DNA of 53,825 nt, filler included, from Sphacelaria rigidula (Eukaryota), in NCBI GenBank assembly GCA_964200075.2. It is 5 parts of 5 records of this genome, joined end to end, with 100 filler letters (N's around TTAATTAATTAA, not from the genome) between each part and the next. Parts side by side here need not be neighbours in the genome. Positions count along the whole stretch, not along the records: positions 43,141 to 53,825 come from CAXNAA020006084.1; 4 more parts are not named here. One strand, written 5' to 3'. Shown here piece after piece: positions 49,920-53,825 of this stretch. The notes under the pieces were generated by a model. It was not told where the DNA came from, did not search any database, and saw only the letters and a list, made by a program, of their open reading frames with translations. Position 1 is the stretch's first letter; every line of letters begins with the position of its first letter. Position numbers and translations under genes: made by a program.

Positions 49920-50172
49920 GAAGATCCCGTCCCAGTGGACGGCGCGGTTTCGGCTCATACTGGATCCGCTACTACGCTCGTGGATGCTGGTTTTTCTGCA
50001 GAGGACGGGGGCGTCGTGTTGGATACAGCCAGTACCCCGGGGGCAGGCGCCGAAAAGCTGGCAATGCCGGGATTCTCCGCGGAAGAGACGGGTAGCATCA
50101 GCGCCGGTGGTCGGTTGAGCGGGGAAAATGGGGTGGAAGATGGTTCTCCAACCGGAGGAGACGGAGCAGAAG
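49920..50172 (+). CDS. Exon of the acidic low-complexity protein
   Basis: Acceptor CGCAG|, phase 0. Reads EDPVPVDGAVSAH...PTGGDGAE. Donor AAG|GTGCTA, with an alternative same-phase donor after 50190. Confidence 0.65.
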
Positions 50173-51889
50173 GTGCTACTTTCCTGGCATGTATGGATAT
50201 TTGTGGTGTATACGTGATTTTACATGCGTGGGTGTTGTGAAGTCCCGTGTGGATCCCGTGTGCACGGTGTCACGTGTGTGTCCGTGTCTTGACTGCTTGC
50301 TGTACCTGTGGAGCTTTTCCGGTACGTACGGGTCCATGTGTTCGTATGTGTGTGTATATATATATATATACATATAAACGCGTCTCTTGTGTGGGGCCCG
50401 TGTGCATAGCGTTACTCTTGGGTCTGTCTTTTCGTTGACTTCTGTACTGGAAGATATATGGTGGCCGCAGACGGCGGAAGTGCACGGTTAGGACAACTCA
50501 TCACCACTCGAAATCACCATGTTCACGATTTCTTCGGTCTTACTGCCCAAAAGGTAAAAAAAAGTTGATCGCTGGCTTGAGGGGTATCCACGCAACCTCT
50601 GCGCCATTCCACGTGTCTGAGCTGCGTGCATCTGGGTTGCAACGCTGAAATAGAGCCTAGGGATTGATTCGTCACGAGTCGACTCGTGATACCAGAACCA
50701 ATTAATTTTCAGACGAATCATTATTTGTCCGACCACTTGGAAAGTAAAACATGATGTATGCAGAAAGTTCCGCGCAATGCGGAAGAAATGTAATTCGCGC
50801 TCAAATATTGAAAATGTGTCCTACAGGAGTATGAACTTTGCTCCGTCTTGGAAGAGATGCGTAGTCAGAGGGAAGATGATCGAGACACGTAACATATGAG
50901 TACCCCCCTCGCCATCCGGGGTTCATCATTTGAAAGGGTTGTATGGAACACGTTGACCCATGCGTCATGGAGGAAATTGTTATTCGTAGGCAATTACAAT
51001 GAAGCATCATTACTCACCATGAGTTGGAAGAGGGACGATATCCCCCAGTATATCCGCACTATGTCTTGCGCAACAGAATCGATCAGTCAAGCACACGTAC
51101 GTAGCTAGAACCCCCCAATAAGTGTGAGTTTGTGTGGGAACCAGCACACAAAAGTCACAGATTCTCGCCAGTGTCTATCTAGGAATCCTTTTTTACACCA
51201 CAGACACCTTGGGTTAGCTCGTACGCATCACCTACACAAGGTCCCGGCTTCAAATCCCGGATGACCCCACACTGATGGGAGCTGAAGGAAATGGTGGATA
51301 CCCTTTGAAGCAGAGTTCAAAACGGATGTCGAATCTCCTGTTGCGGTTAATGTTTGGATGCGCCGACACACGTGAAATATATGCAAAATAAAAGGCACGA
51401 TTTCAATCGCTGGCCGGCGTCGAAGGGTTTATATACAAAACCTCGAAGACGTTCGTGGAAGGGGGAAGGCGGGGTATGTGGGAGCCACCATCTGTGAGAA
51501 ACAAGCGCGCATGAAAGCGCATATCGAGGAATCACATTTTCACCACTGACTGCAGAGCAGTATACGTCCAGAACGAGCCTCTTTGTCTGTGAGGAGTTGA
51601 ATCTCGGCGACACGTGACGTGCTTGAAAAAAAATCAACCACAAAAAAAGACACACGAAGTCCTGCACCTCGGAGAGGTAAGTTGGTGTGATTCCACGAAG
51701 AGTCCCCGACCTTTGTGGGGCCGAAGTTGGCTGCTGCACCAACGGTGAGGATACGTGACGCAGACACAACTGTTGGAGGCGTTTTGATGATATTATGCGC
51801 TAGCGTTTCTTCGTGGTCATGTTGTGCGATGTGGGAGAGCCGTAATTATGCGCGAAGGGTACGATGATGCGCCGTGTCTTTCGAATCAC

Positions 51890-52110
51890 GGGACACCCAT
51901 GACGCCGTGTGTGAGCCGTGTCTGTGAAAGTGGCGATACCACACGGTTTTGGCAGGATGTTGCTGACCCCTCATGTGACTCGCGGAACACATTACAACAC
52001 TTGGCGCTTGGTACTTGTTGGCGAACTTGGTCAGGCTAAAACCCGGTGTGCGGCGTCCTTGCTGTGCAGGCATGCGAGGTCGATGGTCATATGACATCCG
52101 GCATGCACGA
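51890..52110 (+). repeat. Dispersed repeat family R, internally deleted copy
   Basis: GACACCCATGA...GGCAGGATG...AAACCCGGTGTGC...GCATGCGAGGTCGATGGTCATATGAC. Confidence 0.75.
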
Positions 52111-52248
52111 TCACGACTACACCTCGCAAAGGACGACGGAATGAGAATGCAAAACGACTCAACACCCCACCCACAACAAGCTAACCCTCAACTTGTACAA
52201 TCACAAGGTTTGACCCTCACATGACCGAACACATACGATGCCCTGCAG

Positions 52249-52499
52249 CAGACGGACCGCACGCGATGATAAGTAACGAAGAAACGGATCGGGAAATAAA
52301 CGCAGAGTCTGGAGAAGGAGCTGCAGCAGAGTTGAACGGCGACATGTTGGACAGGCGAACGGAAGCCATGACAGCCGAGATGAAGGCGTTCCTCGAAGAC
52401 TCGGAGGAGGAAGAGGTCGCTGGGGGACCCCCGAGGGAAATGTTCAACGGACATGGCACACACACGGCGTCGACGGAAGGGGTGGCATCCTCTCCGGAG
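52249..52499 (+). CDS. Exon of the acidic low-complexity protein (gene 3'-incomplete)
   Basis: Tandem CAGCAG acceptor, phase 1. Reads DGPHAMISNEETDREINAESGE...EMKAFLEDSEEEEV...VASSPE. Donor GAG|GTTCGT. Confidence 0.65.
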
Positions 52500-53532
52500 G
52501 TTCGTGTCTCTCTCACGCTCGCGTGGATATGATGCCACCCATGTATCTTCTTTTTTTGATCGAATGATCCATTGATTCGTCCAATGATGAACGGTCGCGA
52601 TAGGCTTATACTACACCCAGTACATTTTTTGTCTTCGACTGGGTGGGGTCAGGGTATACCCGATATTTCGGTACGTACATTATCCCGAAAAGTCGCACGT
52701 CACCTGCCTCTGCCAATTATGATGACTTTGTATGCACACCCGAGAGACGGGAAAAAAAGCGCTGGACTGGTTGCTGCCATGGGCATGGGCGAGATCTCCA
52801 TATATCAAAATACCGAAGTACTGATGATAACCCGACGTGACCTGCCTCTCGATTGTTCAATTCAAAAACATTAGATTTATTCACCTGAACAAGTTCAGCT
52901 ATATTCGCGGAATCGGCCCAACGGCACCGTATACCCGAGATGCATGAAGTGGAACAGGGATAGAAAGAGAAATTCGGGATGTACACTTGCATATCTTTTG
53001 CTTGCCTTGGTCGTTACCTATTGACCACGCGTCCCCTTTGAGACGGAGCTTGATGGAGAGGTGGGGTTGATTTCGAGTACTCGAGAGCACGGACTCGGTG
53101 AAACTTGGGTAAAGGGGGTATTTGAGAAACGAGCACAAATGGGCCGTGCAATCCGGTCGTGGAAATATAGGGGACGTTGCAGGGCATGTTCGCCCATTTT
53201 ACTGTCGTTCATCCCAGTTTTGACTGATGTGCTAGTCGTCTGTCGCCCCCTCCTGCCGTCTACTGTTCGTTTCCTTCACTTTTCTTGTACCATCAGGTTG
53301 ACGAGGATGACTCTGAGGCAAAACGCGAGCCGTCCTTGCGCAGTCCGGAGGATACGGGTGAGATATCCTCCAACCATACGGCGATGGCTGCCGCGGGGAG
53401 GGGGGGTGAAGGTGACAAGATTTCCCTTTTGTTTTTCCTCCAGACGATCTTATAGGACAGTAAGAAAATATTGGAGGGGTGTCCTGATCGACCGAACCTC
53501 TACCTCCCCACTGGAAGATACGATGCTGAAAA

Positions 53533-53745
53533 ATGAAACTACTCATTGGAGGCAGTATGTACGGTAATCAGTACGATTCGGGTCGAACAATCTCAGTAGG
53601 ATGCACCTCACCCTCCATGCGACTCGCCAAACACACCATGGCGCTCCGCGCCTGGTGTCGTGAGTGCAAGCAAGCCTTGTCTGGCGGAAACCCGGCGTTC
53701 TCCGTCCAGGCTTCGTTGGGATGCGAGGTTAATGATCATGAGTAT
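53533..53745 (+). repeat. Dispersed repeat family R, 5'-truncated copy
   Basis: AATCAGTACGATTCGGGTCGAACAAT...CATGCGACTCGCCAAACAC...GGCGGAAACCCGGCG..CTCCGTCC...GGATGCGAGGT, followed by poly-C. Confidence 0.8.
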
Positions 53746-53825
53746 ACCCCCCCTCCCCCCCCCCCCAGCGCACCCCCCCACCCCGACGGCCGGCGGCAAC
53801 CGCGGAGAAGAGAAAGGCGGAAAAA

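Overview
Eukaryotic nuclear DNA, most likely from a brown alga or related photosynthetic stramenopile. This is inferred from a signal peptide plus AAAF plastid-targeting motif, long GT-AG introns and abundant MITE-like repeats. The window is not one locus: it is five segments of exactly 10,685 bp (1-10685, 10786-21470, 21571-32255, 32356-43040, 43141-53825) joined by identical 100-bp N44-TTAATTAATTAA-N44 linkers, so adjacency across linkers carries no biological meaning. Segment 1 holds a minus-strand gene for a predicted plastid/thylakoid-lumen protein with a PDZ-like region (3 exons found) and two exons of a bacterial-type, probably mitochondrial, ribosomal protein L1. Segment 2 holds one orphan exon and a decayed GC-rich multi-exon gene. 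Segment 3 is mostly repeats. Segment 4 begins with a decayed, intron-containing P-element/THAP9-type transposase that is interrupted by a foldback MITE and is fragmented across the ORF track; this is the most interesting feature. Segment 5 holds plus-strand exons for low-complexity proteins. Several MITE/foldback families, nested insertions, a dispersed ~290-bp repeat and tRNA-like fragments were found by eye. No CRISPR array or prokaryotic system is supported.
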